A stretch of 64,000 nucleotides of DNA from the NCBI GenBank assembly GCA_001949185.1, contig BDGG01000002.1, positions 2,167,826-2,231,825 of the forward strand. The letters are read 5' to 3'. Below the pieces are notes generated by a model. That model did no database searches, was not told where the DNA came from, and saw only the letters and a list, made by a program, of their open reading frames with translations. This stretch comes from Ramazzottius varieornatus (taxonomy: Eukaryota > Animalia > Tardigrada). How positions within the stretch are numbered: position 1 is the stretch's first letter; each line of letters opens with the position of its first letter. The translations under genes were made by a program, and so were the position numbers. Below, one piece after another: positions 18,782 through 33,025 of this stretch.

Positions 18782-21700
18782 ATGGATAACACATCAACCG
18801 GAAGCTCTCCACTGACGGACGGGGAAGTATCAAAGAACGATATCGGTGGACGTCAGTCGAACAACGAGGACGACGATAGCAAGAAGACCAATCGTGGTGT
18901 GGGACAAGCCCAGCCCGGCAGTGCTCGCAAGATGAACAACACCCAGCAGCCTGTCAACCAGGGCGCTACCACATGGCGCTCCCCTGTTCCTGGTCAGATG
19001 CAAGGTAAAAAATACATCGTGGCTACCAATGAATTCAATTCTTCGCAGAAGAAATGGGAAGTAGACTCGTGAAGCAGGTCAAGGTTAACAAGTCCTGCAG
19101 AAATTTCTATAGTTGTGGGGGCGTCGGCACAGAACTGACGTATTGCAAGGGTCATTAAGCACGGCCTTGCGTTGTGGCAGTTACCACGTTCCAGCTTTGT
19201 TTCTTTGCAGGCAATGGGATCAACGGTGGTCAGACCAACACTGGCATGAGTCCTCAAGGTGGTCAGCAGCAGCAACAACAGCGCTTTCCTCGTCCACGAG
19301 CTCCAGGTCCAGGAGGCATGCAGGCTGGCGGAGCTGGCCTGGGTGGGGGAATGTTGGGTGGTCAAGGCGGTGCTGGTGGCGCGGCTTGGCCCGGCGCTTC
19401 TGGCCAGTACGGCTACCGTCCTCCTCGTTATGCACAGAGTGGCATGAACAGCCAGAACTTGACGGCAGCCTTGGGCCAATACGCACAACACCAAGGTTTA
19501 AGCATGGGAGGCGGTCAAGGTGGCTATGGGGGACGTGGTATGACGATGGGAGGAATGGGTGGTATGGGAGGAGGTATGGGCGGAAACGAACCACTGAGCA
19601 AAACCAACTTGTACATTCGCGGACTGCCGGCCAACACCACGGATCGGGACCTGTACAACATGTGCTGCGTGTAAGTCGGAACTTACCGTTGTTCTGGGTG
19701 AACTGAGACCTAGGCAAATGAACTCGACAAGGTCGTATTTCCTGGTGGCGCACGCTTCCAGCCAACAGCGCTTGCAGTCTGCGCCACTGAGATGAGCGAT
19801 CGTGCTGAGTTCTAACGCTTCCAGTTATTTACTCCTAACTACATGCGTCACTTGAGAAAACGATCCTGTCGAGTTTGATCGTCCAGTATGCAGTTCTTTT
19901 CGTCGCCGAGTTGCTTGTTTCTGCGTTCGCCCATGAGGACGCCTGTTAAGTTCGGTTCAAGCTCGGCTTTGTTCGCCCTTTTGTCAATCAGAAAAGACTG
20001 GGAAGTTGTTGCCTGTTTATAGGTATGGAACCATAAACTCAACCAAGGCCATCATCGACAAGATGAACAACACCTGCAAGGGGTACGGCTTCGTGGACTT
20101 TGAGATTCAGGCTTCAGCGGAACGAGCCTTGAAGGAGCTGGCGTCTCGTGGTATGCAAGTGCAGATGGCCAAGATCCGTCAAGCACAAGACCCACAACAG
20201 GTACATTGCACATGCTTTTGTCAGTAAATGCTCGATAAAGACTATTTATTCCAAGTGGCGCAGGTTTGCGGTGTTGATGGCTGAACGCGTGCACCGCTTG
20301 GAAAAACAATCTGGCCGACGCCTTTTATCAAGTGGTGCACTTTAGCCATCAACACCGTAGACCTGCATCATTTGGAGGAAAAATGTGGTCGAGTTTGATT
20401 GCCGACCTTCTATTTGATGGCGGTATTGTTCGAAAGGAATATACAGCCTTCTGATTGAACTGGGTGGTAGTTCTTGCAGGATCCCGATCCTACCAACCTG
20501 TACCTGGCCAATCTGTCACCGTACATGGGAGAGTCAGACCTGGAAGCCATGCTGCAGCCGTATGGCCACGTCGTTTCCACTCGTGTCCTCCGCGACATCC
20601 AACAGAAGAGCCGTGGCGTCGGCTTTGCTCGGATGGAGACTCGCGATGTCTGCGAGAAGGTGATCGAGGTCCTCAATGGCAAGATCCTGGCTGGTACGTA
20701 CTGTGAGTGTAGTCGATGTACAAGTGAAAGAACTGTAGCGCGCGTAGAAGAGTGGCTTAAAAATCTAACCGACGAAGAACCATTCTAACTCTTGGTGAAT
20801 GTTCCTCTTGCTGTTAACTGTTTCTCCGTTATTATTTGATCTCTTATTGTTGTTACCTTTAGTTGTTTGCTTGTGTTCCGTTCGGTGGACGCTATTGAGG
20901 TGTTTACTGGACTGTTCGTACCAAAATGGCTGAATAAAGCTGCCCACTGCTCGTTTTGGTTGCCTGCTTTGCTTGTTTGCTTCTAGCAGTTCCTTATGGT
21001 TCGACGGCATGAGAACCGTAAGAGGTTCAAAGGTTTGAGAATTTTGATTTTATTGTTTTTTGGTTGTGTTACAGGAAGCAGCGAGCCTTTGGTCGTCAAG
21101 TTTGCCGATAGCGGCAACCGTCGTCGCAACATGCAGAACCGCGAACGTGGTTGGGGACGCATGGACAACGTCGGCATGGGAGGATATGACCAGATGGGCG
21201 GAGGACAGAATGGGTAAAGCCGCTATTTCCTTCTGAAAAAACTGATCGCATGGGTCTTTACCAACTTCGTTTTTTAAAATGTTTAATCTGGGGTCTTCTC
21301 GTCACGCGTTTTTGTAGGATGGCAAATTCGATGATGGCCAGCATTCGGTACCAGATGCCGCAAACGGCGACCTTGGGCGCCTATGGTCAGTCTTGGCAGC
21401 CACAGTACACCCTCCTGCCCCAACAGATGACACAGATGATGCCGGACAACTCGGCCTACTCTGTCACACAACTGGCTGCGCAGATGGGCCAACTGGGCTT
21501 GTCCTCAGCGGTAAGTTCCGCAGCGTAGTACTTGGAAAGCCGGAACAGCAACAACTAAATTTCAAGCTTGTGTTGCTCATTGCGAGCTCGGCAGAGAAAC
21601 CTGTCGATTTGTTGTCCTAAGTGGCGCATACGTTAGTGTTATTGGCTGACCGCGTGCGCCACTTGGAAAAACGATCTACTCGAATTTGGCTGCTCCCCCC

Positions 21701-22044
21701 CCCCCCAGTGGAGCACATTTCCAGTGTCGTTGGCTGGGAGTCTGCGCCACTTAGTGAAAGCGATCTTGTCTAGTTTGTTTGAGCTGATTCAAGAGGTCTT
21801 CTAATCGAGATTTCTTTTCTTGTAGTACAACCAGTCGCCCTACTCGCAGTACGGCTACAACCCTCAGATGTACCAAGCTGGACTGGCCCAGATGCAGGGT
21901 GCCAGTGGCGGTGCGGGACAAGGCGAAGAAGCGCAACAGTCTTCAGCGTTGGATGGTATGAACACCTCCAACGGCAGCCATTCCAACAATCAGCAACAGC
22001 AGAACATGACTGCTGTGTACAGTGGCTACCAGCAGCAAAAGTAG
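18782..22044 (+). CDS. shep: RBMS/MSSP-family two-RRM RNA-binding protein (Alan shepard-like), spliced
   Basis: RRM1 [11 protein letters not shown]...[11 protein letters not shown]2 [10 protein letters not shown]...[10 protein letters not shown], and EPLVVKFAD; Gly/Gln/Tyr low-complexity flanks. Confidence 0.9.
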
Positions 22045-22825
22045 AGGAAGGAAGAGTCCGCGTCTGGTCTCCGGACGAAGAACCGGAAACAGGACACTAC
22101 ACGTTTGTTTGTTACTTGAAGCTTTAACCATTTTACCATATCCCTTACTCACATTGTATCTTGCTTTGAGATGTGTACGCTTCTTGTTTTATCGCCCCTA
22201 ATTGAGCAGAAGTTATGTGGGTTTTTTTATCTGGACGCGACGTGCATGAATCGAAGCATGCCATAGATGTCTCCTGGCTTTCTTGTTTTACCTTCACACA
22301 CAGCCACCACTAATGGTCTGTCAGACGTTTATGCTTCTTGTGTTTTACCTTCCTGAAAACGCATACACACTTTGGCCTCTGTGGTCAGTCCTTCGGACAT
22401 GTTGTCGAGAGTTAGGAAACGTTTCGTTTCACCAGAAGCCTCCTTTTACTTTTGGCTCTTCTTGTCGTTTTTATCTCGTTGTAGCAGTACCGTAGCCACA
22501 CCTTCATGCTTTAACCATTAACCTTATTTGCCATTTTATCTATGAATGAAGCTTGGAATAGCGGTCCGCAGAATGTATTGAAAGTTAGTGAGGAAGATGG
22601 AAGATCGTACAGAAGAGCTGGAACCTCGGAGAATCCGCCGAGCTGTTTTATGAAGCGAAGCGGTGTATACTATGCCGTTGATCAGCTAGAAGTTCAATCA
22701 GCATCAGCCATTGCGTAATCCGCTTCGCCAGTGCAATATCGCGTTTTACGAATTTTATCAGCATTTCGTAGAGACCGGAAAAAGTTTTAGCATCGTTGAT
22801 TGACAATCAATCATAAGGCGGAACG

Positions 22826-24042
22826 TAGAGCACTGGGCTGCAGGTTCAAAATTACGCAGCAACTGTGCTGCGCACGCTACCAGGTCGCTGTACGCTGCGC
22901 TGTGCTGCATAACTTACATGCCCAGTGGCTAGGTAGCTGCGCTGCAGATGCACATGGACCTGTTGCAACTTCGCTGCACGCTGATGTACTAACGTATTTT
23001 ATAGTTTTGTCGGCAAAATGGGTAGTCCACCGGGCAAACGTGGCCATACGGTACGGCAAAACTCAGATGCCTGAAACTCGAATACCCAAAAGTACCAATT
23101 TTTGTCAAGTTTTGGTACGTGGTAGTGATGTTGGCATATATGAATATTGTATCAAACTAAAACGTATTAGATGCTTCAAACGAGGCAAGATATTTATTAG
23201 TATTAAATTAGATGGAAACCAGAGCCAAATATATTGTATTAAAATCAACTCGCAGGGCGCTCCATATTAAAATTATTAATATGCGATTTCGGCTTCGGTT
23301 GATCAAAATAAAGCTTGATTTGCGCCAGGCGAAAGCGTGCGACTCCGCGCAGTGCGCTGTTGGGTTGGATCATAACGCGTCACGCGCCTGCATATCACCG
23401 TATATTGATCAGCGTTGAGAACAATACATTGATTGTCAATTTTATTTGATTGGATAGTGCAGGTTCATGAGTCCGGCGATCCACCTGCATACTCTAATGC
23501 TCATTGCTGAAGGCGATGCTGTCTGCTTCTCCAGGCTCTGTTTTGCGCTTTCGAACGCTCTGTGTGTCGAATTTGTCCGTCGAATTTTGATCTATCTGTT
23601 GCTGGAGCTGAAGAAGATTTGGTTAAACGGTAAAAGTATGTAAGGAGGAAAGTTCTCTGGCTTCGGTAACGCCAAAGCGATGTTGTGACTGAGAAGGAAA
23701 GTTCCCTTGCTCTGTTCACACACGGATCAGAAATATTATAATATATTGTAATAAGCACCCGACGAAACAAGTTGATATATTAACATTATATTAGATGCCC
23801 CGAGGTCGCGGTATATCATATTAAGATTATATTCGAACTCTGCCAGCTCGGCTTTATTAAATCAAAATTATATTAGGTCGGGATACCATTATGCCCACAT
23901 CACTAGTACGTGGATCTCCGCGGCAGTCTTCGGCTTCCTGCTGCATACTGCGCTGCACAAATTTCGTCGATTTCCGTACTGCAGCTGTGCTGGAGCACAG
24001 CTACAGTTAAGAGCAGCGCATGCGGCCAGATTCCGTACTCTA
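22826..24042. mobile_element. hAT-type non-autonomous element (outer)
   Basis: 8-bp TSD GCGGAACG at 22818-22825 and 24043-24050; termini TAGAGCAC.../...GTACTCTA; GCTGC-rich subterminal repeats. Confidence 0.7.
23123..23905. mobile_element. hAT-type MITE nested in the previous element
   Basis: TIRs TAGTGATGTTGGCATA / TATGCCCACATCACTA (15/16 match); perfect 8-bp TSD GTACGTGG (23115-23122, 23906-23913); left end recurs at 57769. Confidence 0.85.
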
Positions 24043-24455
24043 GCGGAACGTCAGTATTTTGCCTTGAGGCGTTTTGCATTTTTGTTCGCCACGTGGTCAA
24101 GCTTGCGACTTCCAGTTAGCACGTGGCTCTGTGGCTGCGTTATCGGATCGTACGTCTTCGGATTTGGCATAGCAACCGGCTGTACGTGTAAGACACACGT
24201 ATGAGCCAGAAGCGCAGGCGATTTTGCCGGGAATAACGGGATTGTTGGTTTAATGTTTCCAGTCTCTAGTATTTCGGAATTTGGATCTATCAGGGAGATT
24301 AGTCCCCTCTAGTCTCTCTGGATCTATTTTCCTGGTGCTTTGTCTTCTAACTTCCGGTGCGCGTTGTTCTCTTTGTCTTAGATCTCCGGAACCAGGTTGG
24401 AGGAATTGATCTTCGGCATACTAGGTTCGGAACGTGCTGAGTAGCGGAGTGGAAG

Positions 24456-25016
24456 ATGGACAGTATTCGTCAGCTGGCAGAGCGTTTCTGCCGTACGGAT
24501 GATCCTGTGATGGCCAAGAGCGCCCTGACACCTGGGTTCGAGCAACAGCACACCCTGCCTCCTTATTACAAGTCCCGAGATATCGAGAAGAAGGAACGAA
24601 GGAAGGAGCGGATGAAGACGAAAGGGAAGCAGTGGTTCGACATGCCCGCGCCTGAGCTGTCGGACGAGTTGAAGAATGATCTGAAAGCTATTCGGATGCG
24701 TGACACGATCGATCCTTCCAGATTCTACAAAGCACCCGACACCAAAGGCATCCCGAAGTTCTTCCAGATTGGTAAGATTGTAGAAGGTCCTGCTGATTTT
24801 TACAGTTCGAGAGTACCGAAGAAACAGAGGAAGAGGACGATTGTGGAAGAGTTGTTGGCTGATGCCGAATTCAAACGTTATCGGAAACGGAAGGCAGGAG
24901 AGCTCTTCAAAGACAAGCACAAGAATGCCAGGTACTTTAAGAAGAAGCCCAAAAAGGATACGGAAGGAGAAGGCGGTAAGAAGTCCAAAAGATCTCAGAG
25001 GAAGCTGATAACGTAA
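24456..25016 (+). CDS. Fcf2/DNTTIP2 pre-rRNA processing protein
   Basis: WFDMPAPEL..ELKNDLKAIRMR..DPSRFYK...PKFFQIGKIVEGPADFYSSRVPKKQRKRTIVEELLAD is the Fcf2 domain signature. Confidence 0.88.
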   Translation: MDSIRQLAERFCRTDDPVMAKSALTPGFEQQHTLPPYYKSRDIEKKERRKERMKTKGKQWFDMPAPELSDELKNDLKAIRMRDTIDPSRFYKAPDTKGIPKFFQIGKIVEGPADFYSSRVPKKQRKRTIVEELLADAEFKRYRKRKAGELFKDKHKNARYFKKKPKKDTEGEGGKKSKRSQRKLIT

Positions 25017-25394
25017 GAAGAAACGTAGAAGATTTTTCGTGACTTTTTCGCTCAGCTGGTAACTTCAATCAAGAGATTCACCTGCCTGTCAATCAATCCA
25101 GTAGATCGCGTTGCGTTCTCTTCATGTTACAGTACAGTGGCTACTGCTTTTGCTACTAATCAAGAGCAAATCCTACAGGTGGGTTTCGAATTGGAGCAAG
25201 ATTCTTGGAAGATTCTGGTCTCTGAATTACACCAGACTTCGGAAATCTCTCACGTCATTTTGCTTTCACTTGACTCTTCAGAGGCAGAATATTGTACAGA
25301 ATTGTGCAAACATGACGCCGAACGGACCCCGTAGAAAAGCAGAAAGATCAGCTGAAGGAGGAGCTAGGAAAGCTATAAAGCAATACTGTAGGCT

Positions 25395-25595
25395 TCACTT
25401 CTTGCCCTGCTGTCCTCCCTGTCCGCCCTGGGCTCCTTGGCCTCCTCCGTGGTTGGCATTATTGGGATTCCCCTGGTTGGCGTGGTTGTTCAAGTCAGAG
25501 GAATCTCCCGTTCCATTGTATCCTGCGGGACGACTTTCAAGGCCTCCTCCGGCGGGGTTGTTTGGATTCTGCTGGTTCGCTTTGTTGTTGTCCAT
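25395..25595 (-). CDS. 66-aa Asn/Gln/Gly-rich microprotein with two N-x-A-N-Q-x-N-P-N-N repeats
   Basis: ATG at 25595 just after a splice acceptor (ttcgcag, 25598-25604). Upstream donor at ~25703-25708 and TATA-like ATATAAAAG at ~25816-25824. Protein MDNNKANQQNPNN...DLNNHANQGNPNN...GKK. Confidence 0.7.
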   Translation of the reverse strand: MDNNKANQQNPNNPAGGGLESRPAGYNGTGDSSDLNNHANQGNPNNANHGGGQGAQGGQGGQQGKK

Positions 25596-26702
25596 GTCTG
25601 CGAACACACAACAAGCAAAGTTAACAATCTTTTCACAAGAGGCTTGAAAAGAACTACACGCACTCGGGAGTAAAGCCTCACGAAGGGCTGTTGTATACGC
25701 GTACTCACTTTGAAGGTTCTTGGAGCTTCAGAAATTAAAAGAGAGATCGAATAGCTGGAAGACTTCGAGAAGGAACACTGAAATTGTGCGTTTGAAGAAA
25801 ACTTGTGCCGAGCTGCCTTTTATATCATCTGAGTCGTTCTGGGAGCTCGGATGGGAATACCCACTCTGTCGAGGCCATGGTGAAGTCAAAGATAAGTACG
25901 TACCGTCCGCCTAGCCGTTATACTGACTTTATCTCTAAAGTGTGAGTACCTTTCCCCCGGGAAACCCGCTGAAGTACCAAGCGTGTGACACGAAAGGGGC
26001 CGACCGAAACAAAGGACCCTGGATGCGGCTTGTCTTATCAACAGGTGGCGAGAAGGGCGGAAAGCACGTCCAACATGTATGCACATCGGAATGCGGAAGC
26101 AGAGACCGCCCACACTGGATTTTATGGAGCGACGCGAGCAACAAACCGACCGTGACTCTTTTCGGTTCATCCATTTTACTGGTGATTTCTTTGTTCGAGG
26201 CCAAACCTCATTTCAAGATTCATAACAACAAAAAGAAGAAACAGCCTTCTCGAAGTGGGCAGCACATGCAAGAATCATTCTGCCTTTCTTGATCGGGTGC
26301 CACGCGAACAGTGCACAATTCCCCACTAGCGTAGTTCTGATTTATTCAGCGTTTCCCGAAAAGTTTAACTGCTTTTCCCAAATCTAGATAGTGAGGACGA
26401 CCTCATGAGGGGTGAAGTTTTGAAGCCTCTACAAAAACCATAATGGACGTTGATGGAAACAAATTAGCAGAAACGAACTTTATAATGTCGCGGTCCGTTG
26501 ATTGACGGCACGGCTAAGACTCTTGATTGGTTCCACGCGACGTCAGAAGGCAGAACCAGATAAGGATGTCAAAACTCAAGACAGAAGAAACTCAAGAAGG
26601 CGTCAAAAATCTTCAACCAGAATTAATGCTATAAGACTTCTTTACCACTTCCTCGATTTCCCTTGTAGGTCACGGGAGCTCGGAGGCCTATTTGCGGTTT
26701 TG

Positions 26703-28342
26703 ATGGAGCATTTCAGTAAGATATTCCGATGCCAGATGTCAGCGGAAGGCTTGTGGAGGTTGCTTCTTCGACGGCGTGTGTCCACCCGCTCAACGGTGAA
26801 AGCCGCAGCCACGACGTCCTCCATCCCCGAAGTGGTCGTGCTGAACGAGAAACAGCTTTCACACGTTCTACGCGATCTCAGGCAACAGTTTCCGTTTTCA
26901 TTGCCGGTAAAATTTATCTTATCCTGGAGTCTGCAATGGAAACTTGCATCTTGTAATCCGTAATCGCGGGTCGACGTCATAGCCTTAGGCAGGTTTACAT
27001 TTAAATCATTTAAGTCAGTGACGTCATGCGCAACGGTGGACTGCAAAATGTTTTATGCGGTATCGTACGGTCCGTTGGGACCGTTACGGGCAGCTTCTCG
27101 ATAGAAACATCCGTTTTTTCTTCTTGCAGGTTTATAATCTTATGAAGAATACGACAGAGCATGTTCGAGCCTGGCCTGGGATGGAGTTCGTGGTTGATTC
27201 GTTCCCTGATTACTCGGTCTGCATAGCACGGACTTCGCTCAACAAAGACGTGGGTACTTCAACAAGCTCCGTTTCGTATTCCAAGTTACCTTATTTCGCT
27301 TTACTTGCCCCGAAGACCTCCACTTTGTCTGAGGCTTGCTCTTTGACGTACTGTAGATCCAGAAGGTAGGCTTGCATGGCACATGGCTGACTTCTCCTAA
27401 TTTGCTCCCAATGTCCGTCCCGGCACGTGCGTGGTCGCCGAAGCGAACCAAGAGCTCATGTCTTCTAATAGTTGTATGGAACCTAGAAATATCCGGTGAT
27501 GTACAACGGTCCCGTAGCCATGGTCTACTCCCGTGACGATGGAAAGCTGAAAGAATTTTTGCGACGCGAGAACGTTCTGGACTGGGAGAACAAGATCTCT
27601 TTCATGGGTACGCGGATCGTTTCCGTTGAGTTTCCGTGCTTGAGACCTGGTTTCCTCGACGATCAAACTCCTTTTGTTTGACAGGAATAAGGAAGAAAGA
27701 TGACGAGCCGACAATCATGGACCGGTGCGACGAGCTGAACGGAGTGGCGGGCCAGACTCCGGGCGCAAGGCTCTGCTTGGAAAGCTACCATTATATCATC
27801 TTTGATGACTTGAATGAAGCTGCTTACGAGTGAGCCCAAAATCTTCTTTGCCTAAAGTTCACTGCGTAACTTTGTTTCTTCGAAGGTACGACGAGTTACC
27901 GGCAGGTCTGGCATTAGGTGAACTGAAGCCTCGGCACGCGAAACAGCTGGCCAAGCACGAGAAGTACGGTGTGGGCCCGGACTTCAAGAACAACGAGAAG
28001 TTCTTCCAGTACCTTCTCAGCAACGGGTTCCCCAGCGTGGCTCTCCTAGACAAGGATGATTACCCCGTGGCCCACATGATCCAGAGACCGGAGAACTCAC
28101 TGGGTGCTGGCTACGTCCATCCAGACTACCGCAGCCAGGGCTTGTACAAGGTGGTGATGATCGAACTGATCAAGAAGATTAGGGACAACGACGAGAAGCA
28201 CTGCTGGGCTAATGTGGCAGTGGACAATGAGCACTCGACCAACGCGTTAAGGAAGCTGGGTGGGCATGTGTATGAAGGGGAGCTGTTCACGACGTTCGAG
28301 TATCATCCGAAAGAGCTTGCGCCGGAAGCTATGAAGAGCTAG
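26703..28342 (+). CDS. Glycine N-acyltransferase-like GNAT (FR47-like C-terminus), spliced
   Basis: FPFSLPVYN and EFVVDSFPDY in the N-domain; GAGYVHPDYRSQGL acetyl-CoA motif A; ANVAVDNEHS...LRKLG motif B; Arg-rich N-terminus. Start codon uncertain. Confidence 0.75.
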
Positions 28343-28792
28343 CGTTCCATTTTTCGTGCTCTGAATACTTTCGGCCCGTCTAGTATCGTTTTTTTCCTGA
28401 AGACTCAGAGAAACCTATCGACGAGCCCTGACAAACCGAGTTTTATTACTGGGTGGATCCAGTGATTAGTGTTTCATCAGCTTAGTAATGTACCAGTATC
28501 TCGATCTGCTTTCCACTGCAACCGGCTGAACTTGCGTGTGCTCTTCAGTCGCATTAATATAGCTGATTGACCAGTGGATGGGGGAACGGAAGTGAACAAC
28601 TGGTTCGGTTGATTGATCATGCAGTAAGAACCTTGATTGGCTTTACACAGTGCGCCGTGGTTAACCGTTTACGTAGACTTTTGGAGTTTTGGTTTCCGTC
28701 TCGGATTCTCGCGTCTTCGACTCTACCTGTTGCTTTCTCCAGATCTGTCTAACGCACTTCCTACAGCTTCAATCAAGAATTAGGAATGTCTT

Positions 28793-29811
28793 ATGGCTGC
28801 GCCTTCGTATAACAAGGATTACGAAAAGCTTTCGTACTGGGAGAAGAGGTATAAGGTAAGCGGTGTGGCGTGGGAATCTGACCAAACTTGCAGGGCCATT
28901 TGAAAGTGTGACTTGACTCCTTTGACCTGTTTTTCGCCTAGGATGAGGGATCGTTTGACTGGGGATGCGATGTCCAGAAGTGTCTTCAGCAGCTCACCCA
29001 AGTTATTCCAAAAGAGGCAAGAATTCTCGTGCTCGGTAAATTATCATGTGGTATAGTGTATAGCGATTCATGACATCACTTCCGGTCCTGTGTATGTATC
29101 GGTTGGTCCGCTGACATCGGGCGTCAGTTTGAATAGAAATACGTGTGCGCAATACAGTACGACCTACTGTTTCCAGCAACATCATTCTTGTTGTAGGTTG
29201 CGGAAACAGCGAGATGAGTTACAAACTGTACCAGTTGGGATACAAGAACATTGTCAATGTCGATTACTCGGAAGTAGTCATACAGAAGATGGCGGAAAAG
29301 TACTCAGAGATGGAAGGTTGCAAACCTGTTGATCACGGCCAGAGGGATGCACTTACTCTGACATTCTGATTGATTTTCTGTCTGCATGCTCCAGGAATGA
29401 CATGGCAAACTATGGACATGTATCATCTGGACTTCCCTGAAGAGAGCTTCGACTGCGTGCTGGAGAAGTGCACCTTCGAAGTACTCTTTTGTAAGGAAAA
29501 GAGTCCGTGGGAGACGTCATCTGAAACGGTGGATAACTTCAACAAGGTCCTCCATCAGGTAGGTTCGTAATCAACCTCTTGCTCGATGCACATCAGGGTC
29601 TTCTGGGAGAGCATGTCCATTCGTTTTTCACGTTTTCTAGGTGGAGAATGTTCTTCGGCCTGGAGGCCAGCTCGTCTCCATTTCCTTCACACAGCCTCAC
29701 TTCCGGTTGCCGTTGTTGCGACAATCTCTGCCCGACTGGGCATTCGAATACAAGACTTTCGGTGATATGTTTCATTACTTTGTTTATATTGGTTCGAAAG
29801 GTAAATCTTGA
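28793..29811 (+). CDS. EEF1AKMT4: EEF1A lysine methyltransferase 4 (ECE2 N-terminal methyltransferase)-like, 5 exons
   Basis: YWEKRY, ILVLGCGNS, NVDYS, FDCVLEK, SPW, VLRPGG..SISFTQPHFR, FHYFVY. Confidence 0.85.
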
Positions 29812-30166
29812 CGCGTGGGCCGAAGATACCAATCTCATAAGACTTATATTGTTTCTATAAACCTTTGTAGACACCAATAAAAACATTGCTGCTATTGCTT
29901 TTAGGTAATGTTTGTACGTAAGCTGTTGGCCGCTTCCTTAGTCCGCTGTTATCCTTAGCTGACAGACAGCATCAGGTTCGACAAGACAAAACTGTAAGAA
30001 AAACAGGTGAAATTACGTGCGGCTCGTAACTCCGATCAAAACATCATCACGCTTTCTTGTATAAAGCCGGAGGACTTCCGGTCATTCAGACAGAATTTTT
30101 CAATTACTTCGTTGAGTGGATCGACAGCCTTCTTTACATTACTCTCATTCACTTGTGATATCAAGA

Positions 30167-30504
30167 ATGGGTTCTGGATTGTTTTTTGCCTTGACTGTAG
30201 CGCTGCTCCTGATTGCAGCCATGGCGGACTCAAAGAACGCTGACCGTAGGTTCTACACAAATCCCCCCAATAAACGGATCTTCTCGTATTTTTTACCTCC
30301 TGAATAATAATTTGATTTGGTATATTCATAGTCCGAGTAAAACGGGAGCAATTCCTCACAATCCACACCGGGCTACGAGGCGGCTGCCATCGATGGGGAC
30401 GGATCTGTTCGTGCGGCAATCCCAACTTGGATCCTGTCGACACGGAGTTCCCTGGCTTTTGTGGAGCGAAGGCGAAACCCTGCATGCCTCTATGGTGCGA
30501 ATGA
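30167..30504 (+). CDS. Secreted cysteine-rich prepropeptide, 83 aa, 2 exons (30167-30245, 30332-30504)
   Basis: Signal-peptide-like MGSGLFFALTVALLLIAAMA; phase-1 GT-AG intron; RVKR furin motif; mature part has 6 Cys; TATAAA at ~30060. Confidence 0.72.
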
Positions 30505-31351
30505 ACGACTTGATTGCTACAGCCATTTTGTACGAATACAGTAGTAGTGTTCCGCGTTCGGGTTAACCACCTGTTCTCTCCAGTTTCCTTTGTCCGTCCC
30601 ATTATCGCGTATCCATAAGAACTCGTTCGTTCGTTCCTCAACCCAACTATCTACGAGTGAGCCGCGAAGTTCAAGCGACCAAACGTTGTGTAAAGAAGGC
30701 AATGGCATTGCAAAGGGAAAAAAGTAGATTAGAATGAGAGGGAAGGCACGCGGAATAACCATCGGTACACATTCACCGCTGTAATGAACAAACGTGCTCG
30801 CTACTCACGAAGCATGACGTTGCAACTGCAAAAGATGATCAAATTTTAGAAAATGTCAAACAGACGATGAACAAACAATGGTCCCTCACAAAAGTTCCCC
30901 AGAAGGGAACTTTCGCGTCGACCTTATGCTTCACGACCGTCGAACGGGAATGAAGTCCCTGCGGTGTACGCGTAACGATGACTATAAAGGGGGGTAAGTC
31001 AGTCAAGTCAATCAAGCCCACACACCATAACCATGAATATTTTCGAACCAAGGTCACAGAAAGGGATCGACATCAAAATGATGAAATACATCTAGGCTCG
31101 TAAATAATTACACCATCTATGAATAATACATGAAGAAAGATAACTGCGTTTTATTTATATTCAACTAAAAGATGTGAACTGTGTTGTAAAGCGGGTGCGC
31201 GAAGCCACAAGACGAACGATAGCTAAGAAGCCGGTGGGGTCTTCCGTATGATTTCTTGGAGGGTGATGTTGAAATTCGGTGTGGTGAAAAAGATGAGTTG
31301 TTTTGCGGGTCGATGGAGTGCCATGTTGATAATAGTTGGTTGCTTGAGTCT

Positions 31352-33025
<1,674 letters not shown>

